Shown in pieces: positions 29,101-40,817 of a DNA stretch of 61,095 bases (position 1 is its first letter; every line of letters starts with the position of its first letter). Made by a program: the position numbers and the translations under genes. This DNA is from an uncultured Candidatus Saccharibacteria bacterium (GTDB lineage Bacteria; Patescibacteriota; UBA1384; CAZZBO01): the NCBI GenBank assembly GCA_964652345.1, contig CAZZBO010000002.1:1-61095 (forward strand), in the 5' to 3' direction. Below the pieces are notes generated by a model that searched no databases, was not told where the DNA came from, and was given only the letters and a program-made list of their open reading frames with translations.

Positions 29101-29974
29101 AGTAGAAGAACTTTTTGAAGCAAGAACGCCACATCTATCAGCGGTATTATCAGAAATTGATGGAACTGTAAAAATTATCAAATCAAAAGAAAAGCGAACA
29201 ATACAAGTATTTTCAGATCAAAAACAAGAAGAAGAAATAAATTTAGAAGAATTATATGAACCTACAATAAAAAATGGTGAAATTGTCAAAATTAAACAAG
29301 CAATAGCTGTAGCAGAAAATAAAAAAGCTATAAGGGCTCCAATAACAGGAAAAGTAGTTATCAAAGGAAAATCAATAAAAATCATTGCTCAAGAAAATAC
29401 TATTGTAGAATATGAAATAATTCCTGAAATAAACATATTAGTTAAAGATGGACAAAAAATTACCAAAGGGACACAGCTAACAGAAGGATCGCTCAATTTA
29501 GATCAAGTTGTAAGACTTCTCGGAAGTGCGAAAGCTCAAACTTACATCATTCCAAGAGTAAAAGAAATCTATCTTTCTCAAGGACAAGCTATAAATGATA
29601 AACATATTGAAGTGATCATTAGACAGATGTTCTCAAAGGTCAAAATTATTTCATCACAGTATTCAGAATATCTTGAAGGAGATATTTCAGACAAACGTGA
29701 AGTTGAAGAGTTTAACAAAGGATTGAACAAAGGACAATCTCCTGTGGATTACGAAGAAATAATAATGGGAATTTCAGAAGTCGCATTAAAGACAGAGAGT
29801 TTTCTATCAGCGGCTTCATTCCAAGAAACAACATCGGTTCTGATCGAGAATGCAATAAAAGGATCCATTGATAAATTAGAAGGATTAAAAGAAAATGTCA
29901 TAATAGGAAGATTAATCCCAGCCGGTACGGGGCTTGATTATAGTCATACCCTTGAAAAATCTAAAGAAAGATAA
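26174..29974 (+). CDS. rpoC: DNA-directed RNA polymerase subunit beta'
   Basis: 1266 aa. Zinc motif [23 protein letters not shown] and catalytic [14 protein letters not shown]. Confidence 0.98.
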   Translation: [1266 protein letters not shown]

Positions 29975-29991
29975 TATACTAAATAAGTATT

Positions 29992-30414
29992 ATGCCTACA
30001 ATATCACAATTAATTCGAAAAAATAGAAAAAGTGTCTTAAAAAAATCCAAAGCCCCTGCTTTGCATAAGGGTTTTAATTATTTAAGAAACAAGTCAACTG
30101 AATCAAAGCTCGGAAAACCGTTTCTAAGAGGTGTTTGTATAAAGGTTACAACCATGACTCCAAAAAAACCAAATTCAGCTTTACGTAAAATTGCTAGGGT
30201 CAGACTTACTTCAGGACAGGAAGTAACAGCTTACATTCCCGGAATAGGTCACAATCTTCAAGAACATTCAGTTATCGTAATTAGGGGAGGTAGAGTAAAA
30301 GATTTACCGGGAGTGAGATACCACATTGTTCGTGGGAAACTTGATGCTGAAGGCGTAAAGAATAGAGCGAGAGGAAGAAGCAAGTATGGATCAAAAAAGG
30401 AGAAAAGTAAGTAA
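29992..30414 (+). CDS. rpsL: 30S ribosomal protein S12
   Basis: 140 aa. [10 protein letters not shown]... and KKPNSALRK motifs. First gene of the str cluster. Confidence 0.97.
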   Translation: MPTISQLIRKNRKSVLKKSKAPALHKGFNYLRNKSTESKLGKPFLRGVCIKVTTMTPKKPNSALRKIARVRLTSGQEVTAYIPGIGHNLQEHSVIVIRGGRVKDLPGVRYHIVRGKLDAEGVKNRARGRSKYGSKKEKSK

Positions 30415-30887
30415 TGCGTGGAAAATCAAAATACAAAAAACATATCGTTAGTCCTGATGAAAAATATAAAAATATAAATGTAGCTTTATTTATTGCAAAG
30501 CTAAATAAAAATGGAAAAAAAGAAACTGCAAAAAATATATTATACAAAGCAATCGAACTAGCAGGAAAAGCAAAAAATACAGAAGGGATATTGGTATTTG
30601 AAGCTGCGATAAAAGCTGTATCCCCCCAAATTGAAGTTAGATCTAAAAGGGTGGGGGGAGCAACATATCAAGTGCCCATTGAAGTTAAGCCAAATAGAAA
30701 AATTACACTAGCTATGCGATGGCTAATAGATGCCGCAAAAAATAGAGGAAATAAAAATATGTCTGAATCTTTAGCGGAGCAACTTGTAATGTCACTAGAC
30801 AATACTGGAGCTGCGATAAAAAAGAAGGAAGATATCCACAAAATGGCAGAAGCAAATAGAGCTTTTGCGCACTACGCGAGGTTTTAA
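30414..30887 (+). CDS. rpsG: 30S ribosomal protein S7
   Basis: 157 aa. [14 protein letters not shown] and AFAHYAR motifs. Lies between rpsL and fusA. Confidence 0.96.
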   Translation: MRGKSKYKKHIVSPDEKYKNINVALFIAKLNKNGKKETAKNILYKAIELAGKAKNTEGILVFEAAIKAVSPQIEVRSKRVGGATYQVPIEVKPNRKITLAMRWLIDAAKNRGNKNMSESLAEQLVMSLDNTGAAIKKKEDIHKMAEANRAFAHYARF

Positions 30888-32965
30888 TGGCTGAAAGACA
30901 ATATTCACTTGACAAAACTAGAAATATTGGCATTATTGCTCATATTGATGCTGGAAAAACAACCTTTACAGAAAGAGTTTTATTTTACACGGGAAAAACT
31001 TATAAATTAGGTGAAGTTCATGAAGGCGAAGCTGTAATGGACTGGATGGATCAGGAAAGAGAAAGAGGTATCACTATTACTTCTGCTGCAACCACTTGTT
31101 TTTGGAAGGAACACAGGATCAATATTATTGATACTCCGGGTCATATCGATTTTACAGTGGAAGTTCAAAGATCGTTAAGAGTTTTAGATGGGGCAGTGGT
31201 AGTATTTGATGGAGTCGCTGGTGTAGAGCCACAATCTGAAACAGTATGGAGACAAGCAGACAAATATAATGTTCCTAGAATTTGTTTTATTAATAAACTT
31301 GACCGAACAGGAGCTAATTATATATCCAGCTTCCAATCAATTATTGATCGTTTAGGGGCAAATGCAGTTATTATGCAATTACCTATAGGGCTTGAAGATA
31401 AGCTGGAAGGTGTCATTAATTTGATTGAACAAAAAGCATATTATTGGTCAGATAAATCAGGAGATAAATTCGAAATCAAAGAAATTCCTGAAGATCAAAA
31501 AGAACAAACAAAAAAGTATAGAGAAAAACTAATAGAAAGAATTGCAGAAACCGACGATAATCTTACTGAAAAATTCTTATCAGGAGAAGACATATCAGAA
31601 GAAGATTTAAAACAAGGATTAAGAAAAGCGGTTGTTGATACAAAAATATTTCCTGTTTTTGCAGGTAGTGCATTAAAAAACAAAGGGATACAGTGTGTCC
31701 TTGATGCAATCATTCAATACTTACCTTCGCCCATTGACCTTCCATCTGTTGTTGGAATTAACCCAAAGACAGAAACAGAAGAAATTAGAGAGATTAGAGA
31801 TGATGAAAAATTATCAGCTCTTGCTTTTAAAATTGCGACAGACCCATATGTTGGAACATTAACATTTTTTAGAGTTTATTCTGGAGTATTAAAAACAGGA
31901 ACATATATTTATAATAGTACGAAAGATGTTAAGGAAAGAATAGGTAGAATTGTAAGAATGCATTCAAACCATAGAGAAGATATTACTGAACTTTACTCCG
32001 GAGATATTGCCGCTGCAATAGGTCTAAAAAATACTAAAACAGGAGATACCTTGACCGATGAATCAAAACCGATAATGTTGGAACAGATCAGTTTTCCTGA
32101 GCCTGTAATTTCAATCGCAATTGAACCAAAAACAAAAGCAGATCAAGAAAAAATGGGAATAGCATTAGCAAAGCTAGCCGAAGAAGATCCAACTTTCAAA
32201 ATCTCCACCGAAGAAGAAACCCAACAAACAATTATCTCTGGTATGGGAGAACTACATCTTGACATCTTAGTAGATAGAATGAAAAGGGAGTTTAGAGTGG
32301 AGGCAAATGTCGGACAACCACAAGTAGCCTATAAAGAAACTATTAAAACAACTGCAAAAGCAGAAGGAAAGTTTATTCGACAATCTGGAGGAAGAGGGCA
32401 ATATGGTCACGTCTTTGTTGAAATAGAGCCATTAACTGATAATAAGGGTTATGAATTTGTAAATAAAATTGTCGGAGGAGCTATACCCAGAGAATTTATA
32501 CCTGCAGTAGATAAAGGCATAAAAGAAGCTATGTCAAGAGGTATAGTTGCTCATTATCCACTGATTGATATCAAGGCGACTCTTTATGATGGCACATATC
32601 ATGATGTTGATTCTTCAGAATTAGCTTTTCAAATCGCTGGATCAATGGCTTTTCAAGAAGCGGCTCGAAGAGCTCAACCAATTTTATTGGAACCGATAAT
32701 GAAATTAGAAGTAACAACCCCTGAAGAATTTTTAGGTTCAATTATGGGTGATATTAATAGTAAAAGAGGAAAAATTGAAGAGATGAAGGAAAAGGGAAAT
32801 AGTCGTGTGATAACTTCTTTGGTTCCATTAGCAGAAATGTTTGGATACACAACCTCATTAAGATCAATGTCTCAAGGTAGGGCGTCAAGTAACCTAGAGT
32901 TTGATCATTATGCAGAAGTACCTAAAAATGTTGCGGAAGAAATAATAAGCAAGAGATCAAAATAA
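30887..32965 (+). CDS. fusA: elongation factor G
   Basis: 692 aa. AHIDAGKTT / DTPGH / NKLD. Collinear with EF-G. ATG shares one nt with the rpsG stop. Confidence 0.98.
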   Translation: MAERQYSLDKTRNIGIIAHIDAGKTTFTERVLFYTGKTYKLGEVHEGEAVMDWMDQERERGITITSAATTCFWKEHRINIIDTPGHIDFTVEVQRSLRVLDGAVVVFDGVAGVEPQSETVWRQADKYNVPRICFINKLDRTGANYISSFQSIIDRLGANAVIMQLPIGLEDKLEGVINLIEQKAYYWSDKSGDKFEIKEIPEDQKEQTKKYREKLIERIAETDDNLTEKFLSGEDISEEDLKQGLRKAVVDTKIFPVFAGSALKNKGIQCVLDAIIQYLPSPIDLPSVVGINPKTETEEIREIRDDEKLSALAFKIATDPYVGTLTFFRVYSGVLKTGTYIYNSTKDVKERIGRIVRMHSNHREDITELYSGDIAAAIGLKNTKTGDTLTDESKPIMLEQISFPEPVISIAIEPKTKADQEKMGIALAKLAEEDPTFKISTEEETQQTIISGMGELHLDILVDRMKREFRVEANVGQPQVAYKETIKTTAKAEGKFIRQSGGRGQYGHVFVEIEPLTDNKGYEFVNKIVGGAIPREFIPAVDKGIKEAMSRGIVAHYPLIDIKATLYDGTYHDVDSSELAFQIAGSMAFQEAARRAQPILLEPIMKLEVTTPEEFLGSIMGDINSKRGKIEEMKEKGNSRVITSLVPLAEMFGYTTSLRSMSQGRASSNLEFDHYAEVPKNVAEEIISKRSK

Positions 32966-32971
32966 AATTTG

Positions 32972-33000
32972 TTGACTTAATAAAAATTATAAGGTAAAAT
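32972..33000 (+). promoter_or_regulatory. candidate internal promoter for tuf and the S10 cluster
   Basis: TTGACT (32972-32977), 17-nt spacer, TAAAAT (32995-33000). GGAGG lies at 33015-33019 and the ATG at 33024. Confidence 0.5.
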
Positions 33001-33023
33001 AAGAAAAATAACTTGGAGGTATT

Positions 33024-34205
33024 ATGGCAGAAAAATTTAATCGCAATAAACCACACATCAATGTCGGAACCATCGGTCATGTTGATCATGGAAAAACCAC
33101 ATTAACAGCAGCGATAACAAATGTATTAGCAAAAAAAGGATTTGCAGAGAAAAAAGCTGTAGATCAAATCGATGCTGCGCCAGAAGAAAAAACCAGAGGA
33201 ATTACTATTTCTACATACCATGTAGAATATGAATCTGAAAAAAGACATTATGCTCATGTAGATTGTCCCGGTCATGCCGACTATGTAAAAAATATGATCA
33301 CAGGCGCTGCGCAAATGGATGCTGCTATTTTGGTAGTGTCAGCAGCTGATGGTCCAATGCCACAGACAAGAGAACACATTTTACTGGCAAAACAAGTAGG
33401 GGTTCCAACAATAATAGTATTTATGAATAAAACAGATCAAGTTTCTGACAAAGAACTTGTCGATCTTGTTGAGATGGAAGTAAGAGAACTCTTAACAAAA
33501 AATGAATACCCGGGCAATGATGTTCCCATAATCAAAGGATCTGCATTAAAAGCTTTAGATGGTGATGCAGAAGCTGAAAAATCAATTCTAGAATTAATCG
33601 AAAAAATGGATGAATATATTCCGGAACCAATAAGAGAAACAGACAAACCTTTCTTAATGCCCATTGAAGATGTATTTTCAATCAAGGGTAGAGGAACCGT
33701 TGCAACAGGTAGAATCGAACGAGGAATTATAAAAGTCAATGAAGAGGTAGATATAGTGGGAATAAAAGCAACCAAAAAGACAGTAGTGACAGGAGTAGAG
33801 ATGTTTAAAAAACAACTCGATCAAGGACAAGCAGGTGACAATGTAGGTCTCTTGTTAAGAGGAATTGAAAGAGTTGACATAGAAAGAGGTCAAGTAATGG
33901 CAAAGCCCGGATCTATCACTCCGCATACTAATTTTGAAGCAGAAGTATATGTCTTGACAAAAGAAGAGGGTGGGCGACACACTCCTTTTATGAAAGGATA
34001 CAAACCACAATTCTATATAAGAACTACTGATGTTACTGGCGAGGTAGAATTACCTGAAAATATGGAAATGGTTACGCCGGGAGACACTGTAAATATCAAA
34101 GTAAAATTGATCCAACCAATTGCAATGGAAGATGGAATGAAATTCGCCATCAGAGAAGGGGGTAAAACAGTTGGGGCGGGAGTAGTAACAAAAATTATTA
34201 AATAA
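33024..34205 (+). CDS. tuf: elongation factor Tu
   Basis: 393 aa. [10 protein letters not shown] / DCPGHADY / NKTD. Near-consensus EF-Tu throughout. Confidence 0.99.
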   Translation: MAEKFNRNKPHINVGTIGHVDHGKTTLTAAITNVLAKKGFAEKKAVDQIDAAPEEKTRGITISTYHVEYESEKRHYAHVDCPGHADYVKNMITGAAQMDAAILVVSAADGPMPQTREHILLAKQVGVPTIIVFMNKTDQVSDKELVDLVEMEVRELLTKNEYPGNDVPIIKGSALKALDGDAEAEKSILELIEKMDEYIPEPIRETDKPFLMPIEDVFSIKGRGTVATGRIERGIIKVNEEVDIVGIKATKKTVVTGVEMFKKQLDQGQAGDNVGLLLRGIERVDIERGQVMAKPGSITPHTNFEAEVYVLTKEEGGRHTPFMKGYKPQFYIRTTDVTGEVELPENMEMVTPGDTVNIKVKLIQPIAMEDGMKFAIREGGKTVGAGVVTKIIK

Positions 34206-34210
34206 AGTAT

Positions 34211-34537
34211 ATGTCAGCAAAGAAAAACGAACCTAAACAAAAGATCAGAATAAGACTAAAAGCGTACGACTATCGAATTATTGATAAATCAGCGCGAAAA
34301 ATATTGGAAACTGCAGAAAGAACCGGTACTGTTGTAGTAGGTCCAATACCTTTGCCGACAGAAAAAAATAAAACAACTGTTTTAAAATCAACTTTTGTAC
34401 ATAAAGATTCAAGAGAACAATTTGAAATGAGAATACACAAAAGATTGATAGATGTGTATGATCCAACAAATAAAACATTAGACGCATTGATGAGTTTAGA
34501 TCTGCCTGCAGGAGTTGATATAGAAATTAAAACATAA
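34211..34537 (+). CDS. rpsJ: 30S ribosomal protein S10
   Basis: 108 aa. [10 protein letters not shown]...[12 protein letters not shown]. Confidence 0.97.
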   Translation: MSAKKNEPKQKIRIRLKAYDYRIIDKSARKILETAERTGTVVVGPIPLPTEKNKTTVLKSTFVHKDSREQFEMRIHKRLIDVYDPTNKTLDALMSLDLPAGVDIEIKT

Positions 34538-34603
34538 CAATATAAAAGAAACTCGGGATACTTGCTCTTTTTGAGGGGCTGTCTCAAGTATATTAATAGT
34601 GCA

Positions 34604-35182
34604 ATGATAATAGGTAAAAAATTACAAATGAATCAAATATTTAAAGAAGATAATAAAGTTTATCCTATTACTTATATCCAAATTTTACCAAACAAGTTAA
34701 TCACTAATAATCAAACAAAAACATTACTTGTCGAACACAAGACAAATACAAACAAACCTCAAAAAAAACTACTTGAAGATAATAAAATGAATAAAGGTAT
34801 TGTGATTACAAATGTTAATAACAAAGACTTTATCAGGAGCGATGGAGAGATTGATTGGGATGTTCTAACTATTGGCACGAAGGTACAGATCAACGGAAAA
34901 TCCAAAGGCAAAGGTTTTGCCGGATCTATTAAAAGACATAATTTTAGAAGAGGACCAAAGACACATGGTTCAGATCATCACAGAGCTACAGGTTCAATAG
35001 GATCAGCATATCCTCAAAGAGTAGTTTCAGGGAAAAAAATGCCAGGACATCTGGGAAATCATAAAACAACTATAAAAAGAACACAAATAGTTGAAATAGA
35101 TCAAAAAAACAACTTGATTGCCGTAAAGGGATCTGTACCGGGAGCAAATAAATCACTAGTTAGCTTATCAATCGCAAAATAG
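34604..35182 (+). CDS. rplC: 50S ribosomal protein L3
   Basis: I start at ATG 34604 because [13 protein letters not shown] matches the conserved L3 N-terminus. [19 protein letters not shown] is also present. The track start TTG 34562 would add 14 unconserved aa. Neither start has a clear SD. Confidence 0.92.
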   Translation: MIIGKKLQMNQIFKEDNKVYPITYIQILPNKLITNNQTKTLLVEHKTNTNKPQKKLLEDNKMNKGIVITNVNNKDFIRSDGEIDWDVLTIGTKVQINGKSKGKGFAGSIKRHNFRRGPKTHGSDHHRATGSIGSAYPQRVVSGKKMPGHLGNHKTTIKRTQIVEIDQKNNLIAVKGSVPGANKSLVSLSIAK

Positions 35183-35183
35183 T

Positions 35184-35786
35184 ATGGAAAAAATTAAAAC
35201 CACACAAACAATCAAAAAAAATAAATCTTTAGAAAATAAAGATAATTTTAACTTAATTAAAAAAGCTTATGACATTTTGAAAAAAAATACAAAAACCAAA
35301 AAAGCAAATACAAAGACTAAGGGAGAAATAAGAGGGGGCGGAAAAAAGCCATGGAAACAAAAAGGAACAGGAAATGCCAGAGCTGGATCAAATCGCTCAC
35401 CACTCTGGAGAGGGGGAGGAATAACTTTTGGACCAAAAACTGTAAAAGTAAGGAATAAAAAAGTAAATAAAAAAGAACAAGAAAAAGCTTTTAAAATGCT
35501 TTATTTATACAAAAAACGACTCAATTTAATATTAAGCGATGAACTAGCTGTAAAAAAAGGTAAAACAAAAGAAGGATTAGAAATTTTAAAAAATTTAAAA
35601 ATTGATGGCAACGTCCTCATAGTATTAAATAAATTCGAACCAAAAATTGAATTGACATTCAATAATATATCTTATGCAACCGTCAAAAGACTAGATAATT
35701 TAAATATTCAAAGTTTACTAAATTTTAAATATATACTATTTTCAAAAGAAGCGTTTGAAGAATTTAAAAATAAATATCATGTATAA
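35184..35786 (+). CDS. rplD: 50S ribosomal protein L4
   Basis: 200 aa. [29 protein letters not shown] loop motif. Confidence 0.95.
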   Translation: MEKIKTTQTIKKNKSLENKDNFNLIKKAYDILKKNTKTKKANTKTKGEIRGGGKKPWKQKGTGNARAGSNRSPLWRGGGITFGPKTVKVRNKKVNKKEQEKAFKMLYLYKKRLNLILSDELAVKKGKTKEGLEILKNLKIDGNVLIVLNKFEPKIELTFNNISYATVKRLDNLNIQSLLNFKYILFSKEAFEEFKNKYHV

Positions 35787-36063
35787 ACCATACTTAACAG
35801 AAAAATCAGTATCAGCAAATAGTAAGGGAAAATATATTTTTAATATATCAATAAATGATAATAGAAATACTGTTAAAAAGAATATTGAAAAAATTTTTAA
35901 TGTAAAAGTAAAAAATGTAAATATTTTAATAAAAAAAGGCAAATCAAAGAGATTCAAAGGTATTTTTGGATTTAGAAATGATATAAAAAAAGCAATAATC
36001 CAACTTGAAAAAAATTATAAAATAGCAGGATTTGAAACTGAAGAAAGTGATACAAAAAAATAA
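35779..36063 (+). CDS. rplW: 50S ribosomal protein L23
   Basis: ATG 35779 ([10 protein letters not shown]) fits the L23 N-terminus. 8-nt overlap with rplD. Lies between L4 and L2. Confidence 0.9.
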   Translation: MYKPYLTEKSVSANSKGKYIFNISINDNRNTVKKNIEKIFNVKVKNVNILIKKGKSKRFKGIFGFRNDIKKAIIQLEKNYKIAGFETEESDTKK

Positions 36064-36081
36064 AAAGATTAAAGAAAAATA

Positions 36082-36900
36082 ATGGCAATTAAAATCTTAA
36101 AACCAGTAACTAGTGCTTCAAGAAAAACTTCATACGATGATTTTTCAACTTTAACAAATAAAAAACCTTATAAAAAACTAACCAAAGGATTTAAGAAAAA
36201 TGTTGGCAGAGATAATAAAGGTCGTATTTCAGTGCGACACAAAGGAAGTGGCAATAAAAGATTATATAGAATAGTTGAATTTGGAAAACTCAATGGAAAT
36301 TGGATAATTAACAGTATAGAATACGATCCAAACAGATCCGCATTTATTAGTTTAATCACAAACGAAGAATCAGGAGAAAAGAAATATATAATTAGTCCGA
36401 ATGAGATAAAAGTTGGAGATAAACTATCAGAAAAAAATGTCAATCAATTAGGAAGAAGACTCCCTTTAAGAGATATACCTTCAGGCGCGACAGTTCATAA
36501 TATAGAAATTCAACCAAATTCAAAAGCCAAACTTGTTCGCTCTGCTGGCACAGAAGCAATTATTACTGCAAAAGAAGGTGATTTTGCTCAAATAAAATTA
36601 CCATCTGGAGAAATTAGAAAATTCTCTATAAACTGTTTAGCTTCTATTGGAAAAGTGAGCAATCCTTCACACAATACCATTCGTATAGGAAAAGCGGGAA
36701 GAGTTAGACACATGGGCATTAGACCATCCGTAAGAGGAAAAGCGATGTCACCTAGGGCTCATCCACATGGAGGAGGAGAAGCGGTAAATCCTATTGGATT
36801 GAAATACCCAAAAACACCATGGGGAAAACATGCCTTGGGTGTAAAAACAAGAAAAAAGAATAAATTCAGCAATAAATTAATTATTAAGAGGAGAAAATAA
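36082..36900 (+). CDS. rplB: 50S ribosomal protein L2
   Basis: 272 aa. [26 protein letters not shown]. Confidence 0.97.
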   Translation: MAIKILKPVTSASRKTSYDDFSTLTNKKPYKKLTKGFKKNVGRDNKGRISVRHKGSGNKRLYRIVEFGKLNGNWIINSIEYDPNRSAFISLITNEESGEKKYIISPNEIKVGDKLSEKNVNQLGRRLPLRDIPSGATVHNIEIQPNSKAKLVRSAGTEAIITAKEGDFAQIKLPSGEIRKFSINCLASIGKVSNPSHNTIRIGKAGRVRHMGIRPSVRGKAMSPRAHPHGGGEAVNPIGLKYPKTPWGKHALGVKTRKKNKFSNKLIIKRRK

Positions 36901-37193
36901 TGTCGCGATCGCTAAAAAAAGGTCCATTTATCGATGACTCTTTACTTAAAAAAATTACAAAAGCTAAGAATGAATCAAAAAATGAATCAATAAAAACTTG
37001 GTCAAGAAGAAGCACTATTTTCCCTGAAATGGTAGGAATGAGTTTTTTAGTGCATAACGGAAAAGATTTTATATTAGTTAATGTAAACGAAAATATGGTA
37101 GGACATAAATTAGGTGAGTTTTCTCCAACACGAAAATTCAGAAGACACGGAGGAAAAATGGCAAAAGAACAACAGATGAGCAAAAAGGAATAG
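36900..37193 (+). CDS. rpsS: 30S ribosomal protein S19
   Basis: 97 aa. SRSLKKGPF and VHNGKDF. Confidence 0.97.
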   Translation: MSRSLKKGPFIDDSLLKKITKAKNESKNESIKTWSRRSTIFPEMVGMSFLVHNGKDFILVNVNENMVGHKLGEFSPTRKFRRHGGKMAKEQQMSKKE

Positions 37194-37195
37194 AG

Positions 37196-37582
37196 ATGGA
37201 AATAAAGCTTAATGCAAGATATTTAAAACATACACCAGATAAAATTCGGCTTATAATTAAGCCCTATGTTGGGATGAAATTAAAAAAAGCTATAACTGAA
37301 ACGAGGTATATTTCAAAAAGCGCGGCATTGGATGTATATAAATTAATAAAATCAGCTGAATCTGCCTGTAAGGAAAAGGAGATGGATATCGAGAAAGTAT
37401 TTATAAAATATTTTTTTTGCAATGAAGGTCCAAAATTAAAAAGAAGGATTCCAAGATCAAAGGGTCGTGTAAGTCCTTTTGTAAAAAGACTATCTCATTT
37501 GTCGCTCATAGTGAGTGAAGATATAAAAATTGATAATAACACAAAAAAAGGAAAATCATGGGACAAAAAGTTAACCCAATAG
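37196..37582 (+). CDS. rplV: 50S ribosomal protein L22
   Basis: 128 aa. Position between S19 and S3, with an L22-like [15 protein letters not shown] hairpin segment. Confidence 0.88.
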   Translation: MEIKLNARYLKHTPDKIRLIIKPYVGMKLKKAITETRYISKSAALDVYKLIKSAESACKEKEMDIEKVFIKYFFCNEGPKLKRRIPRSKGRVSPFVKRLSHLSLIVSEDIKIDNNTKKGKSWDKKLTQ

Positions 37583-38202
37583 CATTAAGGCTTATTTCAA
37601 ACAAAAAATGGCGAAGCCAATGGTTTGGTAAAAAAAATTATCAAACATTTTTAATAGAAGATTTAAAGATTAGAGATTTTTGTAACAAATTTTTAGGAAC
37701 GAATGCAGCGGTTGAAAAAATAGAAATAAGCAGAAGTAGAAATTTGATAAAGATTGATATTCATACATCAAGGCCGGGTGTAATTATTGGAAGATCAGGA
37801 CAGGGAATTATAAGTTTAAAAACAAAATTAATTTCAAAAATATTAAAAGATAAAAAACCATCAGATGTTAGCATAAATATTATTGAAATAAAAAATCCTG
37901 AACTATTTGCCAGCTTAGTAGCTCAAAGCATCGGAAATCAAATATCTCATAGAATAGCTTATAGAAAAGCATCCAAGCAAGCAATTGAAAAATCAATTCA
38001 AAAAGGAGTTCTTGGAATCAAAGTTCAAATATCAGGAAGATTAAACGGAGCAGAAATTGCAAGAAGTGAAAAATTCTCAAAAGGATCGATTCCTCTTGGA
38101 ACTTTTAAAGCCAATATTGATTATTCACAATTTCATGCTAAGACTACATACGGAACTATTGGAGTAAAGGTATGGCTTTACAAAAAGGCGGAAGAGGAGT
38201 AA
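37558..38202 (+). CDS. rpsC: 30S ribosomal protein S3
   Basis: 214 aa. [12 protein letters not shown], a KH domain, and [10 protein letters not shown]. Confidence 0.97.
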   Translation: MGQKVNPIALRLISNKKWRSQWFGKKNYQTFLIEDLKIRDFCNKFLGTNAAVEKIEISRSRNLIKIDIHTSRPGVIIGRSGQGIISLKTKLISKILKDKKPSDVSINIIEIKNPELFASLVAQSIGNQISHRIAYRKASKQAIEKSIQKGVLGIKVQISGRLNGAEIARSEKFSKGSIPLGTFKANIDYSQFHAKTTYGTIGVKVWLYKKAEEE

Positions 38203-38205
38203 AAT

Positions 38206-38613
38206 ATGTTATTGCCAAGAAAATTAAAACATAGAAAAGAATTTAGAGGAAAAAGACCCGGTCTTGCTCAAAGAGGCAACACAATATCTTTTGGAAAATA
38301 TGCCCTTAAAGCTAAAACTAGAGGTTGGGTATCTTCGCGTGAGATAGAAGCAGCCAGAAGATCAATGACTAGATATATAAAAAGAGGAGGAGAAGTGTGG
38401 ATCAGGGTATTTCCTTCAAAACCAGTTACTGCGTTACCGAACGAAGTTGGAATGGGAGGGGGAAAGGGTTCTTTGTCACACTTTGTCGCTATAGTAACAC
38501 CGGGTAGAATTTTATTTGAAATGGATGGAGTGCCAAAAGAGATAGCCAAAGAAGCTTTACGTCTTGGAAGTCATAAACTTTCAGTAAAAACAGATTTTAT
38601 CATTAAAGAATAA
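38206..38613 (+). CDS. rplP: 50S ribosomal protein L16
   Basis: 135 aa. MLLPRKLKHRK...EAARRSMTRYIKRGG. Confidence 0.97.
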   Translation: MLLPRKLKHRKEFRGKRPGLAQRGNTISFGKYALKAKTRGWVSSREIEAARRSMTRYIKRGGEVWIRVFPSKPVTALPNEVGMGGGKGSLSHFVAIVTPGRILFEMDGVPKEIAKEALRLGSHKLSVKTDFIIKE

Positions 38614-38615
38614 AT

Positions 38616-38816
38616 ATGAAAAAAGAAAACTATCACAATTTGGATGTTAAAGACATTATCAAAAAAATTAATGAATCAAAGATTGAAATTAATAAAATAT
38701 ATTCAGAAATAAAACTGGGAAAAATAAAAAATATACATTTGGTCAAAAACGAAAGAAAAAAAATTGCTAGATTAAATACAGTTTTAAATGAAAAATTAGA
38801 TAAGGAAAAATTATGA
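38616..38816 (+). CDS. rpmC: 50S ribosomal protein L29
   Basis: 66 aa, helical and Lys-rich. Canonical position between L16 and S17. Confidence 0.85.
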   Translation: MKKENYHNLDVKDIIKKINESKIEINKIYSEIKLGKIKNIHLVKNERKKIARLNTVLNEKLDKEKL

Positions 38817-39037
38817 AAAAATTATTGTCTGGAAGAATAATTAAAATAATTGACGATAATACAGCAAAAGTATCTGTTTTAAGATATGTAAGACATCCAA
38901 AATATGAAAAAAAATATCGAATCACTAAAAATTATCTAGTTCACACAGAAAAAAATCAAAAATTAGAAATAGGTTCAAAAGTTACCATACAAGAAACAAA
39001 ACCAATTTCAAAAAATAAAAATTGGAGAATAGCATGA
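38813..39037 (+). CDS. rpsQ: 30S ribosomal protein S17
   Basis: 74 aa. [10 protein letters not shown] and [12 protein letters not shown] motifs. Confidence 0.93.
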   Translation: MKKLLSGRIIKIIDDNTAKVSVLRYVRHPKYEKKYRITKNYLVHTEKNQKLEIGSKVTIQETKPISKNKNWRIA

Positions 39038-39402
39038 TAATGCCATTTAGCAGATTAAAGAGTGCTGACAACACTGGAGCGCAGGAACTAATGTGTATTA
39101 AAGTAATCGGTGGTGCAAAAGCAGATGCTGGAAAAATTGGTGATATAATAGTTGCAAGTGTCAAACAAGCAACTCCAAATGGAACAGTAAAGAAAAAGGA
39201 AGTAGTAAAAGCGGTTATCGTAAGACAAAAAAAAGCTTTAATGAGAAAAGATGGAAGCGCGATCAAATTTGATGATAATGCGGCAGTAATTATCGACAAA
39301 GATAAAATGCCCAGAGGATCAAGAATATTCGGTCCAGTCGCAAGAGAATTAAGAGATAAAGGTTATATGAAAATTGTATCATTAGCCCAGGAAGTATTAT
39401 GA
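39034..39402 (+). CDS. rplN: 50S ribosomal protein L14
   Basis: ATG 39034 (ATGA overlap with the rpsQ stop, GGAG upstream). [16 protein letters not shown]... and FGPVAREL. Confidence 0.95.
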   Translation: MIMPFSRLKSADNTGAQELMCIKVIGGAKADAGKIGDIIVASVKQATPNGTVKKKEVVKAVIVRQKKALMRKDGSAIKFDDNAAVIIDKDKMPRGSRIFGPVARELRDKGYMKIVSLAQEVL

Positions 39403-39713
39403 AAAAAATAGCAAACAATGACATGGTCTATGTCACAACAGGTAAAGACAAAGGAAAAACAGGGAAAGTTACAAAAGTGCTTGACAAAAAAGTTTTAGTT
39501 AGCGGTATTAATATCGTAAAAAAACATCTAAAGCCATCAGCTACCCAAAAAAGAGCAGGAATTATAGATATAAACAAACCAATTGACATATCGAATGTTG
39601 AAGTGATATGCCCCCATTGCCAAAAAAAAGTCAGAATCAGATTTAAATTACAAGAAGATAAAAAAATTAGAATATGTTCAAAATGTAAAGAAATTATTAA
39701 TTATGAAAAGTGA
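39399..39713 (+). CDS. rplX: 50S ribosomal protein L24 (Cys4 variant)
   Basis: 104 aa. KOW motif [10 protein letters not shown]. The C-terminus carries CPHC...17 aa...CSKC. Confidence 0.92.
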   Translation: MKKIANNDMVYVTTGKDKGKTGKVTKVLDKKVLVSGINIVKKHLKPSATQKRAGIIDINKPIDISNVEVICPHCQKKVRIRFKLQEDKKIRICSKCKEIINYEK

Positions 39714-40239
39714 AAAATATTCAAATAATTTAAATAAAAAAGTAAAAGAATTATTTAAACATGATAATTTCTTAGCATACCCAAAACTCGAGAAAATTAC
39801 TTTATCCGTAGGAATAAGCAAAATTAGAGATAAGTCAGAAGAAGTGAATAAAATTATTGAAAATTTAAAATTAATTACAGGTCAAAAACCGATAACTACA
39901 AAAGCAAAAAAATCTATATCAAGTTTTAAATTAAGAGAAGGTGAGATTATTGGTCTAAAAATAACTTTAAGAGGAAAAAGAATGTGGACATTTTATGATA
40001 AATTTATAAATACTACATTAGCTCAAATAAGAGACTTTTCAGGAATAAAAAAATCAAGCATAGATAGTTCAGGAAATATAAGTATAGGAATAAAAGAACA
40101 CTTAATATTCCCAGAAATATCTTTCGAAGATACCACATCTTCCCATGGGGTTTCAGTTTCGTTTAGCTTCAACTCATCTGATAAAGAAAAATTAACAAAC
40201 TATTTAAAAGCGATAGATTTCCCATTGGAAAGGAATTAA
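39703..40239 (+). CDS. rplE: 50S ribosomal protein L5
   Basis: 178 aa. KITLSVGI..., [12 protein letters not shown] and HLIFPEI. Confidence 0.94.
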   Translation: MKSEKYSNNLNKKVKELFKHDNFLAYPKLEKITLSVGISKIRDKSEEVNKIIENLKLITGQKPITTKAKKSISSFKLREGEIIGLKITLRGKRMWTFYDKFINTTLAQIRDFSGIKKSSIDSSGNISIGIKEHLIFPEISFEDTTSSHGVSVSFSFNSSDKEKLTNYLKAIDFPLERN

Positions 40240-40240
40240 T

Positions 40241-40426
40241 ATGGCAAAAAAAAGTCAAGTTGCCAAAACAACAAGAAAGCCAAAATTTACATCAAGAACA
40301 AAAAACAGATGTCAAATTTGTGGAAGACCGCGTGGTTATTTAAGAAAATTTGCATTATGTAGAATTTGTTTTCGTGAAAGAGCGAATCGCGGAGAGATAC
40401 CCGGAATAATAAAATCATCATGGTAA
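40241..40426 (+). CDS. rpsN: 30S ribosomal protein S14, zinc-binding type Z
   Basis: 61 aa. [23 protein letters not shown]...W. Confidence 0.96.
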   Translation: MAKKSQVAKTTRKPKFTSRTKNRCQICGRPRGYLRKFALCRICFRERANRGEIPGIIKSSW

Positions 40427-40435
40427 AGGAGAATT

Positions 40436-40816
40436 ATGAGATTTGATCCAATTGCGGATATGATAACAATAATAAGAAATGGACAATTAGCATCCAAAAC
40501 GGTTGTAAAAGTTCATACGTCAAAATTTAAAAGAAGTTTACTTGAATATCTGAAAAATAACGGATATATTGATTCGTATAAAGAAGATAACAATATTATT
40601 AATATTAATTTAAAATATGTAAACACAAAGCCCAAAATAAAGGAAATTGAAAGAATTTCACATTCTGGCGCAAGAATATATTCAACAAGCAAAAAGTTAA
40701 ACACAAAGATAAATAAAGTTGGAAATTATATAATCACAACTTCGCAAGGATTGATGAACATAAAAGAAGCACAAAAAAAGAAACTGGGTGGAGAAATAAT
40801 TTTAAGGATTTGGTAA
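40436..40816 (+). CDS. rpsH: 30S ribosomal protein S8
   Basis: 126 aa. DPIADMITIIRNG and GGEIILRIW. Confidence 0.96.
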   Translation: MRFDPIADMITIIRNGQLASKTVVKVHTSKFKRSLLEYLKNNGYIDSYKEDNNIININLKYVNTKPKIKEIERISHSGARIYSTSKKLNTKINKVGNYIITTSQGLMNIKEAQKKKLGGEIILRIW

Positions 40817-40817
40817 A

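Noticed and set aside
34538-34603. A 66-nt gap between rpsJ and rplC with a small hairpin (TTGAG 34571-34575 / CTCAA 34583-34587), as a possible L4-type autoregulatory site.
   Set aside because: The stem is only 5 bp, which is expected by chance. It shows no similarity to the E. coli S10 leader, which in any case lies upstream of rpsJ.
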